DNA from: Ginglymostoma cirratum
Taxonomy: Eukaryota
Length of the DNA: 64,000 bases
NCBI GenBank assembly: GCA_024137785.1
Contig: JAHRHZ010000092.1
Span: 625,770 to 689,769, forward strand
Direction: 5' to 3'
Shown here: positions 23,091 to 36,874 of the stretch, piece after piece
How the letters are laid out: every line of letters starts with the position of its first letter
How positions within the stretch are numbered: the stretch's first letter is position 1
Notes under the pieces: generated by a model
Database searches by the model: none
Told to the model about the DNA's origin: nothing
Seen by the model: only the letters and a program-made list of their open reading frames with translations
Program-made: the position numbers and the translations under genes

Positions 23091-24824
23091 CAGTTTAAAG
23101 AACGGTCACTGGATGTTGACTCTGCTTTTCTCTCAACAAATACTTCCAGACACGCTGAGTTTCTCCAGCTATTTCTGTTTTTGTTATATAACATTAACTC
23201 TATACTTTTTTCAATAACTGGTATCAATGAATCTATATTTTCGGTTCTTTCAGCGATTTATTTTAAAAGATGGCAATCAATCTCGCGTTACTGTAAACTG
23301 CTACAAATTCGGTGACAAAAACAGAAGCTGCTGAAAAATCTCAACAGGTCTGGCAGCATCTGTGAAGAAAAAAATCAGAGTTAACGTTGCGGGCCTGGTG
23401 ACCCTTCCTCGAGCTGCAGTTCTGAGGTACAGATGCCGCCAGACCTGCTGAGCTTTTCCAGCAACTTCTGCTTTTGTTCCTGATTTACAACATCCATAGT
23501 TCTTTCCGTTTTTATACAAATTCAATGGTGAATCGCAAAAATCTGACCCAGTGGCCTGAAGACCTCGCGGGTGCCAGCCGTCAGGACCGATTCACCTGCT
23601 TTCAAATTATTAAACTTAATCTTAAACAATATTTGCATCTATTCTAATATTAAACGAATTATAACGTAAGTACTAAAGGCTCGCCTACATCTTCAAGAAT
23701 GAAAATTGATGCAAAGTGCTCATTAAATACTTGCTGTACACTCATACCTTTGTAACATCTCCTTGAATATTCTCAAATGGCCCAGTCCAGCGCTTCTGAA
23801 TTATCTCGATGTTCTGAGAAGCCTTTTGGATGTACTAGTTATGTTAAATGTGCAATTCAAATACGAGTTATTCTTGTTTGCTTTCGCAACACGGACATTA
23901 CGCCTCCAGAGGGAGACGTTGACTAAGAAACGCGGCGAGCCTTTTGGCGCAAGACGCTTCTAACGAAAGATCTCTGCCTTCCACTGGGATGTTCACTCAA
24001 ATTGTGATTTCTTATTTGCACATACAAGAGGCAATTTGTGAGATTTAATGTGGAAGTATATTACCTAAAAGAGGAGTATAGGATAAATTGGCAGAAGCAA
24101 TGATAAGTGCAACTGAGTGAGCGAGCGAGAAAGAGGGACGCAAAGGAGGGAGAAAGAGAGAAATTAAGGCATAAATGTATGGACAATCAGAAAGAGATGG
24201 AGATACAGAGGGCGAGAAAATGAGATTAGAGAAGAAACTAGGGGAAAGACAAATTAAGTAATACAGCAACAGGGGCCGAGAGATAGAGAGATACTGGGAG
24301 AGAAAACCTTTGCTTGTATAAATGTTTCTTAACTTCGCCTATACATTCCGTAAGTTTTGCAGCGCAGCAAATTGTATTTCTGCATTTACTACTTCTCCTT
24401 TAACCTCGTAAGAGTTTTGCCGACAATATTTACACTTGTACAGATAACATTACCATAAAAAAGGCCAAGATTCAGGGCATGTTAATAAATAGCGATATTA
24501 CACGGAGGCCTGGCGTTTAATGAAAGCCACATTGTTTTAAATGAAGATAAGCTTTTTCTTCTAAGGGTTTGGAAAGCTGTTTTCAAACTTGCCCATTTGT
24601 GAGAAAGGGGTGGTTTTTTTTTTAATGATAATAGATCTCTTGTATTTGTGCCTGCCTCTGTTCAAAGTCGCACAAAACTATCGTCCAGCCGGTTTACTGA
24701 CCCGAATTTGCTCCGCGCGGAAATTATTCAATTTCAAGTATATTATCTTCAACTCCCAATCCATTTATGACCCAATCGCTACCTTCACCTGAAATCACAT
24801 TCGGCCCTACAACCGTGCATGTGT

Positions 24825-27800
24825 CCCTATGACGTAGGAGCAGAATAAGACCATTCGGCCCACCGAATCCGCTCCGCTACACAGTTAGATCATGGCTGCT
24901 CTGATAATCCTCACCTTCACTCTCCTGCCATAACCCTGGCTCTCTTACCGCTTAAAAATCTCTCTACCTCAGCCTTGAATATAGCTAAGGACTCAGCCTC
25001 GACAACCCTTTTCAGCTGGAAAATTATAGCTTCGTCACCCTCTTAGAAAGAAAACTCCACATATCCATCTTAAATGGGTGAGTCCTTACGCTAAGATTAT
25101 GCCCTCAGGTCCTAGACATTCACATAAGGAAAAACAGCCTCCGTGCATCTACCCTGTGCAGCGCCTAAGCATCTTATATGTTTCAATAAGGTATCTTCAT
25201 ATTCTTTATGTACATTCTTCTAAACTCCAATGGTCACAAAGCCAACCTACTCAATCTCTCCTCATACCTCCAAATCTAGATCAACCTAGTGAACATTCTC
25301 TGAACTGCTTCCAAAGCCAGCACATATTATCTTTGATAACAAGATGAGAATTTATTCACAATATTCCAATTGTGGTCTGATTTGTGCCACTATAATTTTC
25401 GTGAGGAATCCCCATTTCTACTTTGAAATAACAGTTAATATTCAATTTGACTTCCCAATTACCCAATGAACTTAGAGGCTAGCTTTTTGCGATCATCGAC
25501 TGTAAAATTCCTCTTTGCTGCAGATTTATCAAAACTTTTCTCCATTAAAAAGAACTATTCAGCTTTTCTACTCTTCCTGCCAAAGTGCTTAATCTCATAC
25601 TTTCCCACATTATATTCCATTAGTTAAGTTTCTGCCTATTCATTTAATCTGTCTATATCCCTCCACAAACTGCCTGTGTTATCCCCACTGCTTGCCTTTT
25701 CACCTGTTTTTGTGCCAGCAGCAAGTTTATATTTACTTCTGTGATCAAAGTCATTAATATATATTGCAAATAATTGTGGCACCAACACTGAGCCTCTGTG
25801 GTACTCCATGAGTTACAGATTGCTATTCTGAAAATACCCCACTATCCCAACTCTCTGTTTTCTACTGGTGAAGTGATCCGCTATCCAAGCTAATCATAGA
25901 ATCAGACAATAGAGAAGAGGTCCTTTGGCCCATTGAGTCAATAATGCTAAAAATACACGAAGTCTGCTCTGGTCCTCTTTTCCAGTGCTAGGCACATAGT
26001 TATAAATGTGATGACACTTCAGGCGCTTTTCCATGTACTTTTTAAAGGCTGTGAGTTGCCTGCTTCAACGACTCTCCAAGATAGTGCATTCAAGACCCAT
26101 ACAACCTCTGGGTTAAAAACAAAATGTGTTGCTCAAGTCCCCTCTAACCCTTCTGCCTTTCACCTTAAAAGTGTGCACCCTTGTTGTTGACTCTTAAACT
26201 GAGGGAAACAGCTACTTTCTATCCACCCTATTCATGCCCCTCATAATCAAATACACTTCCCCACTCAAACTTCTCTGCCCACAGAAAACAAGCCATGCTT
26301 ATTCAACCCCTTTTCATAGCTGAAATGTTCCAACTCAGGCAACATTCTGGTGAATCTACTCTGCACACCCTCCCCAGTGCAATCACATCTGTCCTAATAT
26401 GTGGTGACCAGAACTGAAAACAATAGTCCAGCTGTGGCCTAACCAAAGCCTTGTATAGCTCCAACTTAAATTCTCTGGTTTTAGAATCTATGCCTTGACT
26501 GATAGAGGCAAGTGTTGCCTAGGCCTTCTTAACTACCCTATTACGCTGGCCTGCCACCTTCGGGGATCTGAGGACAAGCACCCCAAGACCAAGAACACTC
26601 TGTTCCTCTGAGCTGTTTAGCGTCATGCCATTCATTGCATTCTCAATATTCCTTCTTCCAAAGTACATCACCTCACACATATCAGTGTTAAATTCCATTT
26701 GCCACCTATCTGCCCACTTGGTCAATCTGTCAGTACCCTCATATAGTCATGTCATAGAAATAGGCTTTTTGGTCTACCATGTCTGTGTCAATCAACAAAC
26801 TCCAAACTTCACTAATCCCTTTTACCTGCACTAGGCCATAGCCTACCAATCCCTAGCATTTTTGATGCTTAGGCAGGTGCTTCTTAAATGTTGTGAGCAT
26901 ACCTGCTCCTATCACCCTCTCAGGAAGAGTGTTCCATATTTCTAGTAACCTCTGAATGAAAAATAAACCTTTCCTCAGAACTCCTCAAAACCACTTACCC
27001 CTCACCAATGTATGCCTTCTGGTCTTAGATTCATCCATTACAGGGAGAATATTCTCACAATCCACCTTGTCTACATCTTACATAATGTTGTTTACCTCAA
27101 TCATATCCTGCCCTCTACCTCCTCTGTCCCAAGGCAAACAAACCGAATCTAGCCAGTCTGTTCTCTAACTAGACTTTCCAACCCAGGCAACACCATGGTG
27201 AATCTCATTTGCACCCTCTCCAGTGCAATCCATGTCCTTCCAACAGTGTGGTGACCAAAACTGCTCACAGTATTCCATCTGCTAAGAAAGTTGAAACAAA
27301 AGTTCTTTGCTTTTATGTTCTATACTTGTTAATGAAGATAAGCATCCAGTGTGTCTTCTTCACCACCCTGTTTCTCTGCACTGACACCTTCATGGATCTA
27401 AGGACTTGTACACCAAGGTCCCTTTGTTCCTCAGTATTCCCTGATTACCATTGTGTAGATACTTCCCTAATCAGATGTCCTAACATGCATCAACTCACAT
27501 TTATAGAGTCATGGAGTCACATAGCAAGGATACAGACCCTTCAGTCCAACTCATCAGCGTTGACCAGACATCACAATCTGACATTGTAGAATTTGTCAGC
27601 ATTTGGACCATATTTCCTCTAAACTATCCCTCTTCTTATTTATATACCCATCCAGATACCTCTTAAATGTTGTAATTGTGCCAGCCTCCAACACTTCCTC
27701 TGGCAGCTCATTCATGTACACACCACCCTCTGTGTGAAAATTTACCCCTCAGGTACCTTTCAAATCCTTCCCCTCTCACCTTCAACCTATGCCCTCTAGT

Positions 27801-28057
27801 TTTGGACTCCCCAACCCTATAAAAATGGCCTTGGCTGTTCAGTCTATCCATGCCCCTCATAATTTTATAAATCACTTACAATGTCACCCCTCAGCCTCTG
27901 ACACTACAGGGAAAAAGGCTCCAGCCTATTCAGTGTTTCCATATAACTCAAATTTCATCTGCCATCAACATCAGACAGTAGTCTGAGACAATCCTCCTCA
28001 CTATCAACAACACCACTAATTTTTGTGTCATCTGCAGAATTAATAATTACACCTTTT
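24825..28057 (-). mobile_element. Nested, decayed CR1-type LINE fragments
   Basis: KWADRWQMEFNTDMCEVMYFGR, SADDTKISGVVDSEED and several CR1 3'-UTR tails. Confidence 0.75.
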
Positions 28058-31000
28058 TGGAAAGGATGGGACAGAGGGCTGAAAGTTAATGATGATATTT
28101 GACAGCTGCATGTGAAAATAGATTGTACAGGATTGGAAAGTAGGCTGGGAAAGTTTAGAATAATATTTGACAAGCTGCATGACCTTGAATGAGTCCTGTG
28201 AACGTTCCTTTATGAGCCAAAGATGACACCTGCACTTGTTTTCTGTACCAGCCAGCAGTTTTGTCTTTCTGCATCTGCTTTCTTTGTGCTGGCTGTTTGT
28301 CATACTGTATAAGAGAGAGAGAGAGTTTTCACTCCAAGCTGCTGCTGCTGCTGCTGTGGGACTTCACCTCAGCTCAGAATCATGAATGGTCCCGGGAATG
28401 AACCTAAGCCTATGGACCAGCCATCAATCGAGGGGCTCCTGATGGGAAGAAGGGCGTGAGACTTGTTGCTTTTCTAGAAGGGCGTGAGGCTTGTTGCTTT
28501 TTCTCTTTTCTCTTCCATTTATTGTTACCACTATAATCGTTTGTTATTACCACTATAACCATTATTATTACTTCATAAACATTCATATTTAAGCAAATTG
28601 CTGTGGTCAAGCCTTCTCTTAATTATATTTACCCAAATCTGGAAAGAGCCACTTGGATACACATTGTGATCCAAGACATTTTTAGGCGACAAGGATGGGA
28701 ATCAGGAAAATATTTAAGAAATCAGAAAGGCAACCTTATTTTCTGGAAACCTTCTGCATTCTAGGATGGAATACGGTAGACTCTGGATTTGTAGGTCTGT
28801 AGCTAACATGTTACCACAATCAGGGCATCCGAAAGGATGGGGTACAGTTATAACCAGAAAAAAAGAAATAACTAGAGGCCAGGTTTCTGCACTGTTCAAG
28901 TACACTGAACCTTGTAGAAGTGTTAACTCTTTGTGGTCTGGTTTGAATGCATCTTTGTTCGTTGATTGCTAAATGTTGTCTGGTACAATTTGTCTCTTTT
29001 TGCTCCCTGGAGTTCGAGATCTGGGGATACTTCAAAGTTTTAGTTTGCATTTTGGGAATGTTTGGTGATTTGAAAGTGTGGTGTGTGCTTGTACTAATGT
29101 GAGACATGTATGGTTAACATAATGTTCTTTTAAGATATCATCAGTGGTTGTGTAAAGCGAAAAAGTCTGTGAATCATTGATTCAAAAATTGGGTTTGGAA
29201 AGCTTGGTAAAAATTTACCTTTTGGAATTGGCTCCGTGTTGTGTTTGGACTTGGGTAAATTTTAATTCCAGAAATTACCATATATCTGGAATTTCATTTT
29301 CCAATCAGACTGAACTTCCAAATAATGTTTTAACATGGGTGAACCTTTAATTCCCGATAATAAGATTAACTCATTGGTAATATCCAAGTGATAGGGAAAT
29401 TGGAATGTTAAAAATACAACTCCCTGTTGCAAAGAGCTTCGGAAAGGCAAATTTAACGAAGGCGTGGACTTTTCCGTCCTTCAAGGAGGAGGAGAGACAG
29501 ATGATGTAATTACATACAGGAGTTTACACCCATCCCCTATATTGAATCCGTACTAGCTTAATACTAATTAACCTATTCTGCTTGATGTGGAATGGGTGGG
29601 GCTTGTTCGTCTTTTTTAGAAATTGGAGACACTGAAGGCTGATCCCATTTGCAGAACCTCAGTGTTGTAATACAGTGATGAATGGGGCACCCTCAACCCA
29701 TTAAGACCTTCATCAATGACACATTTCAGTGTTGGGGAAGTACTGTGGAAATATCAATTGTAGTGAGTGTCAGAAATCTCAAAACCACTGAGCCCAGGTA
29801 CACTTAAGCATATAATGCCAAAAACTAAGTTAAGATTCACATGCCCTGGTATTCTAGTACATTTAAATGGAATTGTTACCTGAAAATTTGAAGGGATTCT
29901 GGGATAAAGAGCATTCACACAATCTCAATGGTTTCAATACCTAAGAATGATTAACGACTTTAAGGGAGTAAACAGAATATTGAATTCGGACAAAGTTACA
30001 TAGAGATATATCACATATCTAGAATGAGTTATCAAGTAACTTTTAAAAATGTGCGTCATCTTAGAGAACAAACAAAGTATGTTGTGCCTGAATCAAACAG
30101 AAAAAGTTTGACTTCTGTTTTAAAATGTTACAGGATTATGTTCCATGGGCTACAAAATGCTACAGATCTCTGGAATTAGATATGGTGGTAATAGTTAATA
30201 CACAGAATTGGATGAGATGAAGTAATTAAGGGTGGAGACTGGTGGCAGAAGACAAAAAAAATTAGAATAATGGGTTGAAGCAGCAATTCAGGTTAAAATG
30301 TTGCAGGAGTGAAAAGGAGGTTTGGATGAGAGCGCAAAACTGATTTGTCTTGGTGATTTTTGAGTCCTTGTCTTTTCTTCTAAGGGAATTGAACTGGTGA
30401 TCAAGCTACTACCCAAGGCATCAAGACCGTAAATGGAGAGATAAGTAAAACCTCATAGATCATTTGATAAGATCATATGGGAGTCAAAAATGCGTGACGT
30501 GGTCTTGAGATACCAACATAAGTGCACAAAAGTGAATATTACCTCAGAGGTAACAAACATGAGACTGCACTGAAGAATGGGTCTCAGAAATAGACACTTA
30601 CTTGTCGAAAGGATTAGTGGGGTTTGGAAGAGCACAAAACATAGTTTAAACGATAAGACACTGACATGAAATCCAAAGAGAAACTGACTTTAAAACAATG
30701 AAAGTAGTATTGGTGAAAGGGATATAAAAGAAATTACAATCAAAATAAAAATTGTGGTTGGCTATTATGTCAACATTTTGCAGAAATGAAAGAATATGGA
30801 TTCTAGGAGGAGTAATAATGGACTGTGTGAAAGGGCTCATTGGATGACATACAGATACCCCGTCTTGAGTGTTTATATTATGCATGTACTCCAGTGCTTA
30901 CCATGTATATTGTAGCTCAAAATGGGGTACCTGCATTTGGAGGTTGTTACCTCACAATGATACAATCATTCATAAAATTGGCCAGGAGGGAAACATATTG

Positions 31001-32111
31001 AAGAAGTATCCTCAAGTCAGATACGGATAAAGAGGGCTGGAGAAATTTTGAGTCCATGCATGATGTTATTTTACTGTTATTGGGTGAGGTGATTTGTGAA
31101 TAGAAAATTGGAGAATAAAAATAAAACAGAAATAAAGGAGCCTGAATCTGGTATATACTGAATTTTAGTGAACAGCATGTAAATATATTGACTGAAAAAG
31201 AATGTAGACAATATTCTGGTCACCTCAATTAGATGGCATGACTTGTTGGTTCCATCACGGCCTTGAGCAAACGTCAAGGGTAGTATATATATATATTTAG
31301 GGCTCGGTCCCCAAAGGCCAGTGCGATCATTAATTTGATGATACACGTTATTGTTGTTTATTTGTAATGATGATAGCTATTTTCATTGTAGTTTGAATTT
31401 TTTTGGTGCAGATTACATACTTTTATTATACATTCTCGTGCAGCTTTTGCTGATTTGCATCTGCATTTGCAGTTGTAACGTGCTGTCAAATATCATCGGG
31501 GTGGAATGTATAGGATAGGCGGAAGGGCTAAAAGTTAATGAAGGCATTTGACAGCTGTATTAGAAAATAGATTGTACAGAATGGGAAAATAGGCTGGGAA
31601 AATTTTAGAATAAAACTTGACAAGCTTCATGACCTTGAATGAGTCCTGTGATCATTCCTTTATGAGCCAAAGATGACACCTGTATTTTTTTTTTCCGACC
31701 TGTGTTTTCCGTACCAGCCAGCAGTTTTGTCTTTCCGTATCTGCTTTCTTTGCACTGGCTGTTAGTCACACTGTATAAGAGAGAGAGAGTTTTCATTCCA
31801 AGCTGCTGCTGCTGCAGGACTTCGCCTCAGCTCAGAATCATGAACGGTCCAGGAATGAACCTAAGCCTACGGACCAACCATCGATCGAGGGACTCCTGAT
31901 CGGCAGAAGGACACGAGATTTGTTGCTTTTTCTAGAAGGACATGAGGCTTGTCGCTTTTTCTCTTTTCCCTTCCTTTAATTTTATTATCACTAAAATTAT
32001 GTATTATTACCATTATTATTACTTAATAAACATTCACATTTAAGCAAATTGCTGTGGTCAAGCCTTCTCTGCTGGAAAGCACCGTTTGTATACACGCTGT
32101 GTTCCAAGACA
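28058..32111 (+). mobile_element. Two-LTR retroelement (ERV-like), internally deleted and decayed
   Basis: Direct repeats 28058-28678 and 31507-32111 (TG...CCAAGACA). PBS AGGCGACAAGGATGGGAA at 28684-28701 matches 15/18 to the complement of the tRNA-Ser(GCT) 3' end. Purine-rich tract GGGGTGGAA at 31498-31506. Inserted in a CR1. Confidence 0.85.
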
Positions 32112-35100
32112 AGTATACATTCACAACCGACTTGTTAGTGTACATAACAAACAGTAAAGGTATAAGCACTGATCCAATAGGTCCACCACAGGTCAAAGGC
32201 TTCCAGTCACAAAAACAACCCTCAAATCCAGTTTACCATCTTTTGGACCAGCCTTCCATGTGGAACATTGTCAAAGGATTTACTGAAGTCCATGTAAACA
32301 ATATCAACTGCATTACCGTCATCAATATATTAAATTATTTTTTTCAAAAAACTCAATTAATTTAATCAGGCAGGATCTTGCTGTAACAGATCTGTGCTGA
32401 CTATCCCTGATCAATCCCTGCTTTTCCAAGAGCTGAATAATCTTGTCCCTCAGAAGTTTTTCCAATAATTTTCCTATCACTGATGTCAGACTAACAGGTC
32501 TGTAATTACATGGCCTGTCTTTGTTCTCCTGATTTCTTACTTAAGCACACTCTACATTCTCTTTTCTTTTGAAGGGTCTGCCCTGTCTTTAATGTTCTGT
32601 GCCTAACATGTGTTTCCTCCTCAAAAAGTTCTGAAGAAGGGTTACTTGCCTCCCCCAGTTTAGACTTTTAACCTCTGCATTACCTCCATCACTTTTCATG
32701 ATAATTTTGCAACTTACAGAATTATGGCCATTATCCCCAAAATGCTTGGCCACTAAAATCTCAATCACTTGACTGGCTTCATTCCCTAAGATAAGGTTTA
32801 GCACTGTACCATCTCTAGTAAGACTAACTCTGTACCAGCACGAAAAGCTCTCCTGGATCCATTTAAAAAATTTTAGCCTGTTTAATCCTTTCATGATTAG
32901 ACAATCCCAGATGATGTTCACGTAGCTACAACTATAAGCATATTCCACTCACACCTTTCTGTGATTTGTCTACATATCTGCTCCTCTATCTCCCTCTGAA
33001 TGTTGAGAGGCATGTAATATAATGACAGTTAAGTGATCACCCCTTTTTTCATTTCTAAGTTCAACTCAGATGGCCTCATTTGAAGAACCTTATAAGATAT
33101 CCTCCCTCATTTCTGCAGTGATTGTTTCCTTTATCAATAAGGCAATGCCCCCATCTTTCTTATATACCCTGCTATCACAATTGAAACTTCTATAGCTGGA
33201 ATGTTGAGCTACAAGTGCTGCTCTTCCTTGAACCATGTCTCAGTGAGAACAACAATATAATATTCCTACATGCTGTTCAATGCTCTAAGTTTGTCCGCCT
33301 TACCAGTCAAGCATATTACATTAAAATCAATACAATTTAGTTGCCAGACTTCCCATATTCCTTATCATGCCATGTGTTCTCCACCTGTTTGACTGTCTTA
33401 AAATTCTTTCGGCATCTGATTGGACCTTGCTCCTGATTTTACATCTACTCTGTGACCCATCCCCCTGCCAACTGAGTTGAAAACCTCCACTACAGAACAA
33501 GCAAATATCCCAGCAAAGATATTAGACCGATTCTGTTTCAGGTGAAACCTGTTCAGCTTGGACAGGTCCCACCTACAACAAAATCTGTCCCAATTATCCA
33601 AAAATCTAAAACACTCCCTCCTAAACTATCCCTTTAACTGAGTGTTCATCTGACTTATCTTCCTATTCCTATATGCAGCAGCAAGTGGCACTGGGAGTAA
33701 TCCAGAGATGCCAACTTTATTTGACCTCTTCTTTAATCTACCACCCAACCCTCTAAATTCCTGTTGCAGGACCTTATTTCACTTTTTAACCTATTTCATT
33801 GGCAATGACTACTGGCTTGTACATCCTCCTCCTTCAGAATGCTCTGCAGTTGCTCTGTGACATCCCTGACCCTGGTTCAAAGGAGGCAACATAACATTTC
33901 TGAGTCTTGTTTGCTGTCACAGTTCCCCTTACAATTGAGTCCCCAATAACTAAACTGCTCTGAGTCTTTTTCCTCCTCCTCTGCAATGTTGCAGAGACAG
34001 CCATGGTACGACAAACTTGATTGTTGCCACTTCCACTTGATGGACCATCCACCCCAACAGTACTCAACAAGGTTTATCTGTTTGAGTGGGAGTGACCATG
34101 GAGGACTCCTCACTACCTGCCCATGCCTGCTAGTCTTCCTAGTGGTCACACAACAATTTCTGCTTGTGTAGCCTTCAATTGTGTGATCAGCTCACTAAAC
34201 ATTCCATCCACAATGCCCTCAGCAGAGTGAATCTATCTGCAGCTTCAGCCAAAAGATGTGGTCAATCAGGAACTGCAGCTCAATACATTTCATGCATACA
34301 TTGTCACCATGAATTTCCCACAAATGACAGAAGGAACATTCCATGGGACCAATTTCTCCTGCCATTGTGATCATTACTAATAACAAACAATAAACTAAGA
34401 ACAAATCACTCAACCTCAGCCATTACTTAGCAAATCAGATTTTTCTTTCTCACTCTGTCTCTCTCTATTTTTAACAAATTACAGTCTCTGGATTCATTGA
34501 AGGTTCATTCAGCTCTGCTTCTATCCCATTGTTGCTCTGACTGAGCTTGATGTGGGCCTTGCACCTCAGGCTTTTATCTGGGAACTCTATTGTCACCATT
34601 CACCCCTAAGTTCGCTCTATTCCACTCCTCTCCTGCTGAATAAGCGTGATCTGGATTCTGCTCCTCAGGCTTCTACTTGGAATGTTCACTGCTACATTCA
34701 TCGCTCTGCTCCACTTCTCTTCTGTTACCACTCTGATAGTAACCTAAGGCCTTCTTCCTCACTGCCAACAACCTTCCGATATGCCACTGACACCAGCCCC
34801 CAGTCACACAAACAGCCTTCTTATCGCTACCCTCTGTCTCCTGCCACTAAGCCAATTTTGGATCTAACTTGCCAAGTTACCCTGGATTCCATGTGCCTTT
34901 ATCTTTTTTATGACTCTCCCATGTAGTACCTTGATGAAGGCTTAACTGAAATCCCATATAAAGCGTATAAACTACATCACCTGCACTACTCTCACCTATA
35001 CGCTTGGTCACCTTCTCGAAAATTCAACCAGATTTGTTAGGTATGACTTCCCGTGGCAAAGCCATGCTGATGCTTCATGGTCAAACCTTGCTTCTCTAAA

Positions 35101-36520
35101 TTGAGATTAATTTTCTTCTTCAGAATGTTCTCCAAAAGTTTCCCTACTACTGAAATGAGTTTCAATGGTCTATAGTTTCCTTGTCTATCTCTACCACCCA
35201 TCTTGAAAGTGAAAGCACATTGGTTGTCCTCTTATCTTCTAGCACCCCACCTCTAAGGCAAGAAAAGAATTAAAAATTTGAGTCAGGGCCTCTGTGATTC
35301 CTTTCTTGTCTTCTCCAGGAGACTGAGATACAACTCATCTGGACCTAGGGATATGCTCCCTTTTAGACACACCAAAACCTTCAATGCTCTGGGTCCATGC
35401 ACAAATCTCCTCATTTGTCCCTAATGAGCTCTATTCTTTCCCTCATTATTCTCTTCCCCTTGATAGACTGGTAGAATATCTTGAGATTGTCCTTAATCTT
35501 GCCTGTTAGTGCTTTTCATACCCCTCTTTTGTTTCCTAATTGCTTTCATGAACATCCCTCTACACTTTCTATACTCCCCTAGGGCCTCCATTGATTTGTT
35601 GCCTTTACACATGTTATATATCGCTTTTCCTTTCTTTCATAGACATGCTTCTAGGCACACAGGGTTCTCTGGGCTTTTTCCTGGTACCTGTCACCCTAAA
35701 GGGAATATGTTGGGCCTATACTTTCCCCTGTAAATTTTTGAGTATCTACCTCTGTGGATTTACCCTCAAGTAGCTGATCACAACCTATTTTGGCCAGCTT
35801 CTGCCTTGCTTTAATAAAATATGTCCCAATCCAATTCCACAAACCAAAATATATTTTTAACAGGTCTATTTTTTCCTTTTTTCGTAACATTATTACAATG
35901 TTCAGTGTTGTGGTTGCTATCACTAAAATGCTCCCCCACAGAAAACTCAAACTCCAATCTAGCTTTGTTCTCAAAATTAGGGCAAGAATTGCAATGTCCC
36001 TTGAAGGACCATCTTCAAGTTGATACAAAAGGCTCTCTTGAATACATTTCAAGAAATATGCCCCCTCTAAACCCTTTATATTATACTTATCCCATGTAAT
36101 ACTGGGGTAATCTCCTTATATAATTGCCCTATTATTCTTTTTACACACCTCAATGAATTGACTGGAAACTGTTCAATTGCCTGCCGACTATTTTGGGGGT
36201 ATATCATACACTCCTAACAGTTTGACTGCCCTGTTTATTATTTCTAATCTCTACCCACAAAGCCTCATTTGATGACCCTTTCAAGATATCATTTCTCCTT
36301 ATTGTAGTAACTCATACCTTAATTAATAATATGACAGCACCTTTTCTATTACAACCCTTGCTGTCTTGTGTGAAGATTCTATATGATGGAATGTTGTGCT
36401 GCTCGGCCTGCCCCTCCCTCAACTGTGTCTCTTTAATGGCAACAACGTCACAATTCCATATGCCAATCCACACCCTTAACTCTTCCGTCTTATCTATAAA
36501 TGCTTTTTGCAATAAAGCAG
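32112..36520 (-). mobile_element. Decayed CR1-type LINEs (two copies, including APE and ORF1/esterase relics)
   Basis: LVIGDSIVRGT (CR1 ORF1 esterase), CDVVAIKETQL (APE), TRDGTVLNLILGNE. Confidence 0.75.
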
Positions 36521-36874
36521 AGGATCTCCAGTTTCACCTTACTTCCTTGAGACGTGGCATGGATGAACTCTCCTGACTAGGTTCATTTTCTAAGGTACAC
36601 TTACTTAATTGTCTACTCCAAACCATGGGCTCTTATCTTATTAAGTAGCCTTATGTATGATACTATTTTGAATGCCCATTAAAAACCCAAGTCTATCACA
36701 CTTACTGGTTCTGCTTTACCTACACTGTTTCTTACCTCCACAAAGAATGGCAATAAATTTGGCAGGAATGATTACTCCCTCATAAAGCTATGCAGATTCT
36801 GTTTGATTATATTTTGCATATCTAAATGCACTGCTGTCGCATATTTATAATACACTCTAACACTTTCTTCAACT

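Noticed and set aside
22540-23098. Long ORFs of 144-183 aa in the ORF track
   Set aside because: They run through the N gap.
24740-24815. Minus-strand acceptor followed by VKVAIGS* as an alternative TRBC tail
   Set aside because: A convincing exon 4 (VTSRKRFD*) exists at 50467-50493, and nothing else supports this site.
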